DNA of 64,000 bases from Monocercomonoides exilis PA203 (lineage: Eukaryota > Protista > Preaxostyla). Below are positions 14,030-27,749 of the stretch, in pieces; position 1 is the first letter of the stretch, and every line of letters starts with the position of its first letter. The stretch is from positions 961,344 through 1,025,343 of the forward strand of contig LSRY02000039.1 of NCBI GenBank assembly GCA_001643675.2, in the 5' to 3' direction. Under the pieces are notes generated by a model, which saw only the letters and a program-made list of their open reading frames with translations, was not told the DNA's origin and searched no databases. Position numbers and translations under genes: made by a program.

Positions 14030-14900
14030 GTTCTGTTGATTGCGAAGATCTTTCCATCCGTATCCTTTCCAAAACTCAGGAATCTGAGTTATTGTTGAAA
14101 TGGCCAATCTCCGCTTTGGAGAGAAAGACAATAGAAATGGAGCTTGAAATTGTATTACAATTAGGAAATAAATGAAGTTACGCAAGTGTCATGCTTTTCA
14201 GAATATTCTATTTGAACAAGAGGTGAAAACAAACTCAGATTGTGTTTTATTGAAGGAAGACAGAGGAGAATGGAATTCTTTGAAAAAGCTGAAACACTCA
14301 AAATTATATAGGATTTTGGAGCATGAGGAAGAGGAGTAGTTTTTTGTATTTTTGGACAAGGAAAGTGGTTGGCTGTGTGGAAAGCGAGATATTAGAAACA
14401 AAAAGATGCGAAGAAATGAATGCAAGCAATGAGATTGGAGCTCGGCACAAGTATTGAGTTGACCATCATCTGTTTTTGCAGTCAAAAAGGTATGCCCATA
14501 TATTGTGGAATGCCTTTTCAACGAAGCATGGTTTTTGGTGGCTATGCTGTTGAAACAGAAGAAATGAAGATCAGCAGCTTCTGTTTCAGGCCATGCATTT
14601 GAAAGAATAACAAAATTTGAGAGGAGAGCTTTAATCGCACACCATCTTATGCCTTTGAAGGATTTGCGAAACAAGCAGACAGAAATCAAACTGTCTTTGT
14701 ATAGCAACCTGCTTTCGATGATGTTGAAAAGAAATGATGAATGCGTTGAAAACACAGAATCATCATCATCCTCGTTGTCATCGGAACCTTCTTCTTCTTC
14801 TTCTTCTTCTTCTTCTTCTTCTTCTTCTTCTTCTGGTTGCTGAGTGGAGTCGTATTCAGATGCAGTTGGATTGGCAAGAGAATGCATCAGGCAGATTCAT
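14030..14900 (-). CDS. Hypothetical protein with poly-Glu tract and a C-terminal module shared with 22434-22775
   Basis: ORF 14198-14887 plus downstream paralogous exon. Confidence 0.45.
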
Positions 14901-15322
14901 TCTTCATTCAGCCCTCATTTCTTCCCCAACACGAAAGGAGACAAGAAATCAACAGGAAAAAATAACAAAATTTCTGAGGTGCTTCAGAAAAAGAGGCCAA
15001 ATAAATCAATTGCGCACTCAAAAATAAGGAAAGATCAAGTAATAAGTCAAGAACGTAACATTTCTTTCTTTGAGGATAATATTTATTCACATTTCAAAAT
15101 TAACCATTTCATTAACATAAGTTCGCCCAAATTCAAGTACAGATTGATCATTCTCACATTAAAGATGAGCAAAATATATATTGGATGATTTTTTTCGTTC
15201 CATTTGATTTGAATTAATACATCTTATGGGTTTGATTAACGAAAACCATTTTTAAAAAAAGAAATACGTTTGTTATTTTTGAAACAAAAATCAAGCACCA
15301 CTTGATTGAAGTAGCATTTTTT

Positions 15323-16600
15323 ATGTCAGAAGAGATTCCAACAAAATTTTGTTGTTTTGGTGATGGATCGTATGGAGATTTTTACAAAAACATGCCATCG
15401 TCAAAAAGTCCCGATCAAATAAGCTTCGATGAACTGGATGAACATATTTTTGATGAATTCCAACCGCCTTTGCCTTTTGGTGAATATGATAAATTCACCA
15501 AACCATCAAAACGTACAACATTTATGATTGAAGATATTGAAATGAAAGAACATGAAAACATGTTTGATTCGTTTTTTACCCAGGAGATCCCAACTAACTA
15601 TGAAAGTGAAATTGAACCTATGAACACGTATGATGCTTTTGACAATGGGCTGAAAGACTCAACTATTACAGATGGTTTTGGTTGCGTAGAAAATCCTCTC
15701 CCCCCTGATGGTTTCTCAAATTCGTCTATTAGTTCATCTTACCACCTACCTTGCTACGAAAATGAATCACCAAAACAACCAGAAATTATCATTTCCGATA
15801 ATTGTGCAAATCCAAAAGTTATGTTTAATCAATTTGATCTTCCTGAATTAAACAGTCGAGAAGAGATGAAAAAACAAGTCATATTTGTTAAACCGACTAT
15901 TTCTCCAGCAAAGATTCATTTGTCGAGGCGATATAAAAATTTGGATATTCGTTCAATTACGTTTTATTATAAACAAGAAAAAATATCGCATTCCTTTGAT
16001 TTGATCGAAGCAGAACTGATTTTACGTGGACCAGCACAACAGTTCTGGTTGAGATTTAAAACTGCAGAGGAAATCTTGGATTTATCTCCAGTTGGAAAAT
16101 TATTAAAAATTCAACCAAATGATGTAATTCCGGAAGAGTCTAGTTTTTATGCCAATTCAGCAGATGTGAAGCCAATTATGGAAGTGAAAGTCCCTGAAAG
16201 CTGCATAAAAACATGTACATTGGATGCAAGAAAACACGAGAACATTTATTTTAGGATTGTTGGATTTCATAAATCAATCTTATCCTATATAAAAACGAAA
16301 AAAGGATATTTGGAACATCCTCAAAAGCGTTATCCTATTCTATTATGGATTGAATCACCGGGTCAGATGGAATTTACTTCTAACGTTATTCGGGAAAAGG
16401 GAGGCTTGAAATCAAGTGGTGCTGAGTCAAGTTTTAGTATTAGTGATACTTTTGCTATTAATGATGCTGCCTCTCAGCCGAACATGATATTGCTTGTGAT
16501 CGAAACTTCGATTGGTAAGTTTCAAAGTGCAATGAAGCAGTTTCTGGCCTGTGGAGACCGTTCTCTGAAAGAAAAATGTTATGAAGTGATTGAATGTTAA
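15323..16600 (+). CDS. Hypothetical protein, single exon (~425 aa)
   Basis: Long open frame of normal complexity from ATG 15323; acidic, disordered N-terminal half. Confidence 0.75.
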   Translation: MSEEIPTKFCCFGDGSYGDFYKNMPSSKSPDQISFDELDEHIFDEFQPPLPFGEYDKFTKPSKRTTFMIEDIEMKEHENMFDSFFTQEIPTNYESEIEPMNTYDAFDNGLKDSTITDGFGCVENPLPPDGFSNSSISSSYHLPCYENESPKQPEIIISDNCANPKVMFNQFDLPELNSREEMKKQVIFVKPTISPAKIHLSRRYKNLDIRSITFYYKQEKISHSFDLIEAELILRGPAQQFWLRFKTAEEILDLSPVGKLLKIQPNDVIPEESSFYANSADVKPIMEVKVPESCIKTCTLDARKHENIYFRIVGFHKSILSYIKTKKGYLEHPQKRYPILLWIESPGQMEFTSNVIREKGGLKSSGAESSFSISDTFAINDAASQPNMILLVIETSIGKFQSAMKQFLACGDRSLKEKCYEVIEC

Positions 16601-16779
16601 GTTGCTTCAAATGTGAAGCATTTTAACATTTAATTTGGACGAAAAAGAAAGAAAGAAGATTTTGAATAAACAAGTTTATGAGAAAGAAATCTTTCAACTT
16701 ATTCTCATAATCCTTTTTTCTTTATTTCTTTTTCATAATTTCCTTTTCATTTATATTATTGTAGATTCATAAATATGTT

Positions 16780-18638
16780 TTATGAATGGTAATGTTGAGA
16801 AGTTATCGTGTGCACGTTGGTAACAACAAATTCCCTTGCACAACTATATTGTTGCTGCACTGCTGAATGTTATTATTATTGTCCACACAATAGCTATCGG
16901 AAATATTCGTTTTGTAAAATTACGAATATTCTACCCTATTACTCTATTAATCACTTCACTTTTTAATTTTTTAATTTAATTTAATTTTAGTTAATTTATT
17001 TTTTTTTTTGAAACAACAGCAATATATTTTGTCCTGCCTTGATTTATTAATTTGTTTTTTTGAACGATCAAAAGAAACAAAATTTTTATTGGACAAAATT
17101 ATGGAAATTTCGTATGGTGATTTGTCGCTAGGCAATGAAACAGATTTTTCAAATGAAATCGAATTAACTGAAAACGAACGAAAAATTTCGAAATTTACGA
17201 GGAGATGTTTTCGAATACTTTTGCATTCACGAAAAATTAAACCTCAAACGATAGTAGAAATTCTTCTCACATGACTCAAGATTGCGAGGAAATGAAAGCG
17301 GAATATCACAATAAAGTCATTGCTACAAGTGTTGATCAAACTGAAGACATTTGATTTCATTTCTAACAAAAAAAATGTCAACAAATGAATATTTCCTTTT
17401 ATAAAAGAATGCCAAATTGGACTTTTTACAGATTGCATCAACAAAGAAGTCACTTTTCTTGAATCTGTTTGAATATGCTATTTTTAAATTGTTTTTGATG
17501 CTTGACTTTTTTCATTTTCCAATCCGATGCAGCTTTGCAATGATCACTTAAGAAATCAATTAATAAGACCTCATTCTCTTCAATTTTTGTATGCCTTGTG
17601 TAAAAACCTTCCTGATGTTGTAATCCAAGAACATTTTGAAGATGAATATCAAAATATTGAAAACCAGTTTCCGTTGTTAATATCAATAAAAATATTTGAT
17701 TTTTAGGATCTTCTTTTTGAAGCCATTTGGCAAATTGCTGTTGAAGATGAATGCTATGTATCCAGAGTGTTTTCGACAGCTATGATTTCGCTCCTTTGTG
17801 CATATGGATCGTTTCGTCAACAAATTCTTGATCTTGGCTTTTCATCGATTTTATTGACTCGTTTAACATCTTTAATCTGCATGCACTATTTGTTCGTCTA
17901 TAGGATGCATCTTTTTATCTAATGATATGTGAAAAGTTTATTTTTCCCTGCAAACATCAGAAAATGTGGATGAACATTCGTTTTCTACCTCATCCATCAC
18001 AACTCAAAAGTCGAACACTTCTTCTTTTTCAACTTCACTTCCTTCATCAAAGCAGACAGCACCAACCACAGCAACTGCTGTGTCACCACTGCATCATTGA
18101 TCGCTCTTCTCGTATGCATCATCAACCAAGTCTGCAGCGTCTCAACCGCTTCTCCTTCCTCTTCTGAGTGAAAGAGAGATGGTGTCGATGGAGTTTCTCT
18201 GCTGTGCAGTCGGGTTGTAGGCGCTCTGCTCTTCTACCGCGTCGATCTCTTCACTGCTGCAGTTGGGCTTAGTCGCTGTGAAGCTGAGCAGAAGCGTGGC
18301 AAGTGCGTCGTGGACGCGAGTTTCTTTTGTCAAGCTGATGAGTGACAAGAGAAAAGACGTGCAGACATCGAAAGGATCTGCAAAAGCATTCAACCACAGC
18401 TAATAAGCTATTGGCATCAGAAAATGCTAATTTATCGTCTTCTGCTGAGCATGAAAAGCAGATTCTGAATGAAGAAGCACAACATTCGCTATCATCACCA
18501 ACACCAACATCATTGCCAAATATTGCCATCGGAAATAATTATACTATTACTGTAGGAAATATTTCAATATCCGATCTCTCATTTTGCAAACCTATGTTCC
18601 AGTTAAAAGATAATTATTCGATCTCGAATTCATTGTAA
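16780..18638 (+). CDS. Multi-exon hypothetical gene or pseudogene
   Basis: Plus-strand ORF pieces (17008-17274, 18342-18638) with short intron-like gaps. Confidence 0.3.
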
Positions 18639-18941
18639 CAAATCAGAAAAGATAAAACTTAAAGCATTTTTAGTTTCATTTATCACTTTCCAAAAAATGC
18701 AAGTGCAAAAAGCTGCAGTGCGAATACACAAATTTCATTGGCCGTTTTGGGTTTTGTTTTTTGTCTTTTCCTTTCTTAACATTTACGAATTCAGTGTGTA
18801 TGATAAAAATTTGTTTATTTTCTGAATGTCGTGTATTTTCGAAAATGCAGGGACTATCTTTCACCGAAAAATTCACTGGTGTGCAATCAATGATGTTTTT
18901 TTCTTGATTGTTTCAATTTTTTCTTCATTATTTTTTAAGAA

Positions 18942-20228
18942 TTGCTTTCTGAGCTGGAAGATTGCAGCGAGGAAGAGCAAAAACAGAAAATTATTGAAAT
19001 AAATGAAATGATTGAGAGGATGGATGCAAACGAACTGGAACTTGTTTGTTCAGAAGAGATATTAGTGAGCCTTTGGATAAAGATTGAAAAAAGGAAACTG
19101 TTTTTGGAAAACGCCTTTTTGCTATTGAAACATTTGGGGTATTGTAACGTGCTGAAAGGAACGTTTAAAAATTGTTTAGACTGTGATTCATTGAAATATG
19201 GATTCGAGAAAATGATTATAGAGGAAGAGCAGAAAAATGAAGGAAAGAATGAAAAACTTTTGGTTGATCTTTGCGAGTGCTATGTTTTTATGCAAGGTTT
19301 AAATTCACAGAGATTGCATTCGACTTGCATGCAATGTCTTCTGAAAGTTGCATTGAACAAGGAAGAAAACGAGGAAACACAAAAAGAAGTGGAAATGGCT
19401 TTGCTTGCATTGAGTGACATTTACGAATATTGCGTATGTTCACTTCTATATCCTTTATGTTGTATTGATATATTTCTTATTTCTAATCAGTTTATCGAAC
19501 AAGAACTTTACCTCAGTGAAATCAAAGAGATAATACAATATCATCAGGAGCATCACAATCTGACTCAATTAGCTTCCCTATCTGCTTGGCAATTTTTTTT
19601 CAGGAGATTATGCCATGATAACAGTTTGGTGGGAGTGATTGTGAATGAGCTGCATTTTGCAAGAGAGGCAACAAGAGAGTTGGAAGAGCTGAGAGAATGC
19701 ATTGATTGGAAGAGAGAGAAAAAAGAGAAAAGAAGTGTTGAAGGGGAAAAAGAAGAGTTTCTAGTTGTGAGATGGATCATTTCGTTGAATGTCTATTTGT
19801 TTTCTTGCAAATTGTTGAATGAAGAATTAAATGGGATTTTAAACAGAATTGTTCAGGAGTTCCAAGCAGCAAGGGACAATTGCATCGAAATAATCATGGA
19901 TTACTTTGATATATTTATAATTTCAATATTTGGAGGATCCATGGAGATTGTTGACTTTCTGAAAAGTGGAGCTGTTGATCTTATTTTGAAGGAGATTCAG
20001 CGACCAACGATGAAAGATGAAATACCATCTAATAGCTTGGAAATCTTTATTGAAATGTCAAATCGATTGAAAGAAGAAGAAGATAATGAAAACGAAGAAA
20101 CAAAACGAGAAGAGATGAAAAGGAAAGTGTTTGAAAAGATAAAAGAAGAAGGATACGAAGATGTTATTTCAAGCTTTTCAGAAATAATATCATTTCTTTA
20201 CTATTATTATAGAATGAATTTATTGTGA
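18942..20228 (+). CDS. Expanded host family protein (57-nt in-frame intron 19434-19490)
   Basis: Same motifs; GTATGT...CTAATCAG at the family-conserved intron position. Confidence 0.8.
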   Translation: MLSELEDCSEEEQKQKIIEINEMIERMDANELELVCSEEILVSLWIKIEKRKLFLENAFLLLKHLGYCNVLKGTFKNCLDCDSLKYGFEKMIIEEEQKNEGKNEKLLVDLCECYVFMQGLNSQRLHSTCMQCLLKVALNKEENEETQKEVEMALLALSDIYEYCVCSLLYPLCCIDIFLISNQFIEQELYLSEIKEIIQYHQEHHNLTQLASLSAWQFFFRRLCHDNSLVGVIVNELHFAREATRELEELRECIDWKREKKEKRSVEGEKEEFLVVRWIISLNVYLFSCKLLNEELNGILNRIVQEFQAARDNCIEIIMDYFDIFIISIFGGSMEIVDFLKSGAVDLILKEIQRPTMKDEIPSNSLEIFIEMSNRLKEEEDNENEETKREEMKRKVFEKIKEEGYEDVISSFSEIISFLYYYYRMNLL

Positions 20229-20565
20229 GATATTTCTAATTTTTTTAATATCTGCTTGAGGAACTGAAACGATTTCAGTTTTATTCTCAGTTTTGAAATA
20301 TTATCTTCTTTCTTTTTTTTATTTCAGAAAAAAAAAGCATTTTCAACGACATTTTAAGTCCATTTTCAACTCACTTCATTGGAAAGCATCAAGGAATGAA
20401 AAAAGAAACAAAAAGTGATGAGCATTCGAATTTCAATTTTATCCTTAATCTTCGCCAAATGAATTTCACACTCAAAAAATACTTTTTTTGAAAAATAAAC
20501 AAAAATAATTAAATAAATAAAATAAAAACAAAACAAAAAACAAAACAAAAAAAAATTCTACTCAG

Positions 20566-21875
20566 TTATAAATAAATAAAAAGCTCTTCAATACTTTTGA
20601 TAGACAAATAACAATAATCCACTCCTTTAAAAACATAATACTGCAGCAAGATGATGCAATCTTCGTATCCTTCTTCCTCTAACTTTTCAAATACTTTTCT
20701 TTTCGTCTCTTTTCTTTTTTCTTTTTCGATTTCACCATTTTTTTCCCCTTTCAATCGCTTTAAAATTGTAATGAAGAATCTCAAGCTTTCAAATATCATT
20801 ACGTCATTCAATGTTGATTGGATAGTTTCCTCCAAAACGAGATCAACTGCTCCTCCTTTCAGAAACACTTCAATTTCCGAGGCTCTTTTTCCAATTACTG
20901 CTTCAAATATATAAACGCACCAATAGCTAATTTCTTTGTGATGATCTTTTGCTGCTCGAAATATCTGAATTATGCTACGAAAAAGTCCAGAAAGTTCTTC
21001 GTTCCACAACTCACCAGATTCAAAGAAAAATGCTAATGCTAAGAACCATCTCATCAAAGTTAGTTCTTCTTTCTTTTCTTTCACTCCTTTTTCTTCTTTT
21101 TCTCTCTTCCAATCCACACTATTTGTCAGCTCTTCCAATTCCTTTATTGCCTCTCTCACGAAATGAAGTTCATTCACAATAATTTCTTCTAAGCTTCTAT
21201 CAAATAAAATTCTTCTAATCAAAAACTGCCAAGCAGACTGATAGGCAAGTCGTGTCAGATTCTGATATTCCTGATGATATTGGATAATCTCTTTGATCTC
21301 ATTATAATACAGTTCTTTTGGAACTTTCTAATATAAATCGAAAAAAATCAATAGCGTTAAAAATGAAAAACAAGTGCTCAAACATCATATACTGGAATTT
21401 TGTTCAAAGCCAGCAATGCCACTTCCACTTCTTTTTGAACTTCCTCACTTTTCTCTTTCTTCGATGCAGCTTTCAATAGACATGGTACACAAATAGAAAG
21501 CATTTCCGAATCGAACTGGTTACTAAGCAAAAGATAGCATTCGCAGAGATCAGTCAGAAGCTTTACGTTCTTTTCTTTTTTCTTTTCTTCTTCATCAATA
21601 ATCATCTTTTCAAATCTTCTGCTCAGCAAAGATTTTTTAAAGAATAGGTTCCATACATTTTTCAGCGCATCGCAATATCCTACATGTTTCAGCAGCAAAA
21701 TTGTATTTTCCATTGACATTTTCTTTTCTTCAATCATTTGGTGTATTTTATTGAACAGTTCTTCTGTGAAAATGGATTCAATTTCTTCTTCGTTCATTCC
21801 ATCAACTACTTCATTCATTTCAAGGATTTTCTTTCTCTGTTCATCTTCATTGCAATGCTCAAGTTCACAAAACAA
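20566..21875 (-). CDS. Expanded host family protein, convergent with the previous gene
   Basis: ORFs 21378-21875 and 20566-21222, same motifs, intron ~21329-21383. Confidence 0.8.
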
Positions 21876-24164
21876 TTCTGTTATTAGAAAATAGTTTAAT
21901 CAGAATAAGCCAGAATTCAAATGCAACTGCAATTGCACACTATTGAACTTTTTTGTGCTGTCTGTCTCCTATATACAGATTTTTTTATTAAAAATTGAAC
22001 AAGAAAACAACACCATTTTGATATTCACAATGAAAGTTAAAATGATTGGATTGGAGAAAACAGATGAAAAATTAAACTTCACAAAAGATGAAAGAAATAT
22101 ATGCATTCAAACCGTTCCATCAAGCATTGACATTTTCGACTTGTAATTTCAAAGAAAAAAAACGCTTTGTTTTTTCTCTTTGTTGTTATGGATGTTTTGA
22201 TCAAAGTTTTATTTCAAAAGGAATACTCATTAACAAAGCGAGAGTTCAATTAATAAACATTTTTACAGAATTAGAAGAATTATTTCCAATGAAGGCAGCT
22301 GGAAATGAGGCAATGAAATATTTTTGAAATTCAATCAGATGATTTTTGAAAATTTGATGAACAAGAAAATTCATCATGTTATTTTTTGAATAAAGGCATC
22401 TGTATGCGTGTATTTTATATTATTCTATTGGTAGCGAAGATATTTCCATCTGTGACCTTTCCAAAGCCGGGAAATATGAGTTATTGTTAAAATGGACAAT
22501 CTTCTCGTTGGAAAGCAATACGATAGGAATGGAGCAGATTATTATATAGTCATTGGGAAATAAATGAAGTTACGCAAGATATACGATTTTTATTTGGAAC
22601 AAGAGGTGAAAACAAATTCAACTTTCATTTTATAAAATGTAGATTTATGGATGGAATTCTGTGAAGGACAAAATCTGCACAAAATTATATAGCATTTTGG
22701 AGCATAAGGCAGATGGAGCAGTTTGGGGTATTTTTTTTGCAAGGAAAGTGGATGGCAATATCGAGGGAAGGATATCAATCACAAAAAAAAGCAACAATTC
22801 AACGAAAAAAAAGGAGAGACCCAAAATATCAGTTTTATTTATAAGGTTTTCCTGTTTCTCGGACCGCGCCAGGCAGACATGGAAAAAGACGAATTTCTAT
22901 TTTTGATTTCGTTTTCGAACCAAAAGAAAGGAGAAACGCCAACTACGAGACATCCAATTATCGAATATTTGTTGGCGGGAGAACAACATTCCACCAATTG
23001 CATCTGGATTTCATTCTTCGAAGGGACAGTCATTTTGAACAAGCAAGGCAATTATCATTCGATGTTTGTTTTCATCGACGCTACAGGCACCTACAGAAAA
23101 ATACAGAATATTTTTGATCAGCCTCTTCAAGCGCAGACAGCCAGAGATTTTATTGTTGTGTTCCATTTGCGCGGCATCGATGCGGAGTTGATTTGTAGGG
23201 ACTTTGTTGCTTCGTTTGGTGTGCGCTGAGGTGTTTGCAAACATTAGACAAGACGGCCATGTTTTCTCAGACGAACATCGAGGGTGAGCAATTTCTCTGA
23301 AGACCGTTTAATTTATTTATTTCTGATTGTTATGATGTTGGTTTGTGTTTATCTTGTGTTGTGGCTTCTATTAGAAATGGTTTTTAAAAATAGGGAATTC
23401 TTCAGATTCTGCTTTCAAGCGAACATATTTTCTAGCGCTGATTGAGTTCACTCTGCTGCTCGTGTGCCAACAAGAAGAATAAAGTATCATTCATTCATTC
23501 ATCTTCTTGGTGAGTTGCAGCAATTATTGAAGCAGTGGCATTGTTTTATGTGAGGGTGCTTTCACAGCGCTAAGTTACAAACGCAATGAAACGGGGAATT
23601 CACTTGTTTGTCGGCTGGAGATAGCAGCGGTTGAGCAAGAAAAGCAAAAAAAAATGTTCATGTTTTATGCAGGTCAAGGGAGATATTTGTTGCAGAAGCA
23701 GAACTGCGGAGGAAGGAAACGAATGAGAACAAATGATAAAGATGAAGAAGAGGAAGCTGTTGCGGAGAAATATGGAGAAATGGAAGAAGAAGAAAGAGAA
23801 GATAACGCAAATGAGGTTAATTGAAAACAGAAAAGTTGTGAAGAAGAACCTGCAAATTCAACTTCTCCTTCTTCAACTTCTCCTCCGCCTTCTCCATTCT
23901 CTTCCACTTCAGTAGCTGTCGAGTTCTCTTCTTCTTCTTCTTCTCATCCGACAAACTCACAATTAGCATAACATTATTCATCATCATCATCATCATCATC
24001 TTCTTCTTCCTCTTCCTCCTCCTCCCCCACCATCAAATCGAGTCTCTCCTTCTCCATCCAGCACCGCCTCATCTCCTCCGTCTTCCCCATCAACCACCCT
24101 CTCCGCCACTTCCTCTCCCTCTGCTCCTCCCTCCCTCTTCACTCCGCCTCTTCCCTCCTCTGGC

Positions 24165-25220
24165 TCAAAGGCCTGGCTGTGCTTGACACCTGTAGAGAAA
24201 CACAAGTCCAGTTATTTTTCTCTGTTGTTCTGAGGGTGTTGTGCCGAGGAATAGCTCACCCGGATGCGAAAGTGAGGCAGACGGCGTTTGCGTCTGCGGT
24301 TTTGTTTGTGGCGAAAGCAGAAAGCGCACAGGAACACAGGCTGGCGATGCTGCTGGCTGCAGAGGAGAATGCGAGAAAGTCGCTGAAGAGAGTGAAAGAA
24401 GGGAAGGAGGAGAAGGAGGAGAAGGAGGAGAAGGAGGAGAAGGAGGGGAAGGAGGGGAAGGAGGAGAAGAAGAAGAAGAAAGAGAGATAAAAGCCGATGA
24501 ATGAGCAGAGGGATGAGGAGAGGAGGTGGGGGAGGTCGAGGTTGAATTAGAGTAAGAGGAAGAAAATGATTGGGATGAATTAAAAGAGGAAGAGGAAGAA
24601 GAAGAAGAAGAAGAAAAAGAAGAAGACAGAAAGAGAGGAAGATAATTGTTTGGCAGTGAAGATACCAGCTTCAGTGCGTGTGTGTCGTGGTCGAATAACC
24701 CCGCGGAGAAATTCAGAGGCAGACAAGAATAAGCCAACAGCACTTTCTGTGGCTGGCTGTTCTTTTTTGTGTGTTTGCACTCCAAATGGAAGAACGTGAA
24801 GAGCACATGATACATCTTCCTATTCTTCGGCCTCGTGAGTGAATTCGCTGCTGATTCATTCATTTGCTGCCATCCTCCTCTTTCTCCACTTCCTCCTCCT
24901 CCCATCTGATTATTCACCACATTCGGAATACAGCCCTGCCCTGTTTCTTCGTCGCTCCAGTCCAATCCATTGAGCGGCAGGCGTATTTTGATCTCATCTC
25001 CAAAAAATGGAGGATGCGAGTGATATTGCATGGTGCATCTGAACGCAGAGATATACTCAGGGATATTGTCGTCTGTTGTGTTGAATATAATCGGCAGCCC
25101 TGGTTCTGAGGGCGATTTGTCGTTGTCTTTCACTCGCACTTCAAGAACGATGTTGCGAGTGGAGTGGGGCAAAGAAAGAGGGGAAAAATTGACGGATTGA
25201 GGGTAGAGGTAGAGGAGGTG
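24165..25220 (-). CDS. DOCK-family (dedicator of cytokinesis) C2/DHR-1 domain exon; the gene probably extends over ~22.4-27.3 kb
   Basis: HLLYLYPQSVNF...RNIVLEV...LPIIF...YHSHPPFFGDEIKIRLP...HVLFTFFHLECK...LAYSCLPL matches the DOCK-C/D DHR-1 pattern. Confidence 0.8.
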   Translation of the reverse strand, partial: HLLYLYPQSVNFSPLSLPHSTRNIVLEVRVKDNDKSPSEPGLPIIFNTTDDNIPEYISAFRCTMQYHSHPPFFGDEIKIRLPLNGLDWSDEETGQGCIPNVVNNQMGGGGSGERGGWQQMNESAANSLTRPKNRKMYHVLFTFFHLECKHTKKNSQPQKVLLAYSCLPLNFSAGLFDHDTHALKLVSSLPNNYLPLFLSSSFSSSSSSSSSSFNSSQSFSSSYSNSTSTSPTSSPHPSAHSSAFISLSSSSSPPSPPSPPSPPSPPSPPSPPSLLSLSSATFSHSPLQPAASPACVPVRFLLSPQTKPQTQTPSASLSHPGELFLGTTPSEQQRKITGLVFLYRCQAQPGL

Positions 25221-25302
25221 GCAGAGGGAGAGGCGGGGTGATATGTCAAGGGCGGGGGAGGAGAAGGGGAGGACGGCACGTGCATCGGGGGGGATACGAG
25301 AA

Positions 25303-25334
<32 letters not shown>

Positions 25335-27749
25335 AGAGGAAGATTGAAAAAGAGAAGAAGAAGAAGAAGAAGAGGAGGAGGAGGAAGAGGAGGAAGAAGG
25401 AAGAGAAGAGAGAGAAGAAGAAGAATAAGAGGAAGAAGAAGGAGATAACGATGATGATGCAGAAAAGATAAAGGAAACGTAATTTTATGAGTTTAATTGT
25501 CGTTATTTTGTTCACAGAAATATGCAGAATTCCTTTTGCTTGTTTTTCTCTTTATATTTTTCATTTAAATTTTCCTTCCTTTCTTCCTTTCACTCTTCTC
25601 CATTCATCTTTTTCCTTCTTTCCTACTCTTTGACAGCGCAATCTTTTTTCCATCTCTCTTTTCTCTGTCAAAATGCTATCCCTCTTTGCACAAATCATCT
25701 GATGAAATATCACCTCCTTCTCTTTTTTCTTCTTTTTCTAATTCTTCGCTTCAGCTGCTGATGTACTCAAAATCCTACGTGTTAATATCCAAAAACATCT
25801 CCGAAGAATTAGAGGCAACGGAGAAATATCCCTCTTCGTTTGATTTTCTCCGCTTTGGCTTTATTTTTCTGCTTCTTTTTCTTCTCATCCACTCAATTTA
25901 TTTTTCTCTCTGGAGATTCCCCCTTTCAGAACATCTTTTTGGTATTTTGAAGATTAAATTAATTCAAGTATTTTCTTCTTTTCTCTGAGACGATATCAAA
26001 ATGTTATTCTTTTTCTCGTCTTTCTCTTCTTTCTCTGCATCTTTCCATCTTTTCCTTTATGTCATTCCGTTTTCTTCTTTCAGTGCCTTCTCTTTCTCTC
26101 TCTCTTTCTTTCTCCAAATGCATGACTTTCTCTCTCTCCAGAATTGTTCGGTTCTCGCTCTTTCTTCTCTTTTTGCTATTCTTTCCTCCATTTCCCCTCA
26201 ATGCAATTTTTCTTTTCCACAATCATTTCCCCCCAGTTTACGAGTCAATCGCTGCATCTTCCCTCCTTTTTCTCTTCTCTTTTTGGAAGCACTCCAACTC
26301 CAACTTAAATTCTGCATATTTCACCAAAATTGTGAATCTTTCCATTGAAGCATCAAAATTGCTGTTTCCATCAAACAATTCTTGGAAAAGCCGATGAATG
26401 CGAAGAAGAAGATGAGTTAATCGATGATGAAGCATGCATAACAGATGGCAGAAGGAATGAATGCCATCGTTGAATACGATGCAAACAAGAATAATCTCAA
26501 AAGTTCCGGCTCTTTTGAAAAAGGATAAAAAGGCTTATTTCCCTAACATTCCTGTTCATAGTCAATCTGTATTTATTCAAAGAATACCTTTAAAGAAAAA
26601 TGAATCAAATGAAAAAAAAAGTCAAACCATCTTATTGGCATTTAATTATTTTCCCATCTCCATTGCACTCGAAATGATCAACCCAGCTGGCTTTCTTGCT
26701 CTCCAAAATTGCGTCTCACCTTCACATAAAAAATTCAGACAACTGGATAACAAATGGCTGATACAGAACGTCTTCGAAAGCAGAGAATCCTTTATGAAAC
26801 TGATAATGAAGTGAAGTGAATGATTATATTCTCCAAATCAACTCCTTTTCAAAGTACAATTCAACACCATGTCTTTGTTGATAGATTTCCTGCAGGATTC
26901 ATGCAAAATGCAAATGCGATAGTTGTAAAGGCCTGTTGGGTGTCTCGCTCAACTCGTTTCCTCCATTGTCCAATCCTCAATTCCCTTTCCTTTTCCACAA
27001 AGAAAATCTTCCCCCAAAAAATCACGCAAAACAAGTCCTGTTCAAAAGATATGTCAAGAGCACTGCACTTCCCTCGAAATGAACAAGCTGTGCAATTCTA
27101 TCTTTCTGGCATTTTGCTCGCTTTTTCTGCATCTTGTTTGAGTCATTTCCCATTCAAAATATCGCAGCCGACGTTCCTTCATATGTTTTGCTATGTATGA
27201 CCAAGTTCAAATTTCGTGCTTGTCTTCTCCACAAATTCACTTTTCAAATGCAAATGATGCAAACAGTCACTCGCTCCTCCATCTGAAAATATAATCCCTG
27301 CTCTTCTACAGTGCTAAAACTCGCATGGGCGCATCTATGGATGTGCAATCAAGCAGCTCAAACATGCTCTTGCTGCAGCATTTAATTTATCAAAAAAATT
27401 CTTCACTTATAAAATTATAGGTTGATCTCCCTTATTTATTTGCACAAAAACAAGATTTTTTAATATAAAGATTTGCATGTTTTGATGCAAAAGACATTGA
27501 TGAAAAATGAAGATTTTTGGACTCGCGTGTTATTATATGTTTGACTTGATATTTTTAGTTCTTTTAATGTGAGTTTTACACGACAATTCTGAAAAACGAA
27601 TCTATTTGTTGTTTTGGTTTCATTTTGCATTTTCGCAGTCAACTTCAAAAAGACAAATATTTCGGGGTTTGCCAAAAATTTATATGAAATAAATGGTTAA
27701 ATTAATAAATGTGTATTTTTTTCTCTTTTGATTTTAATATTTTTTTAGA

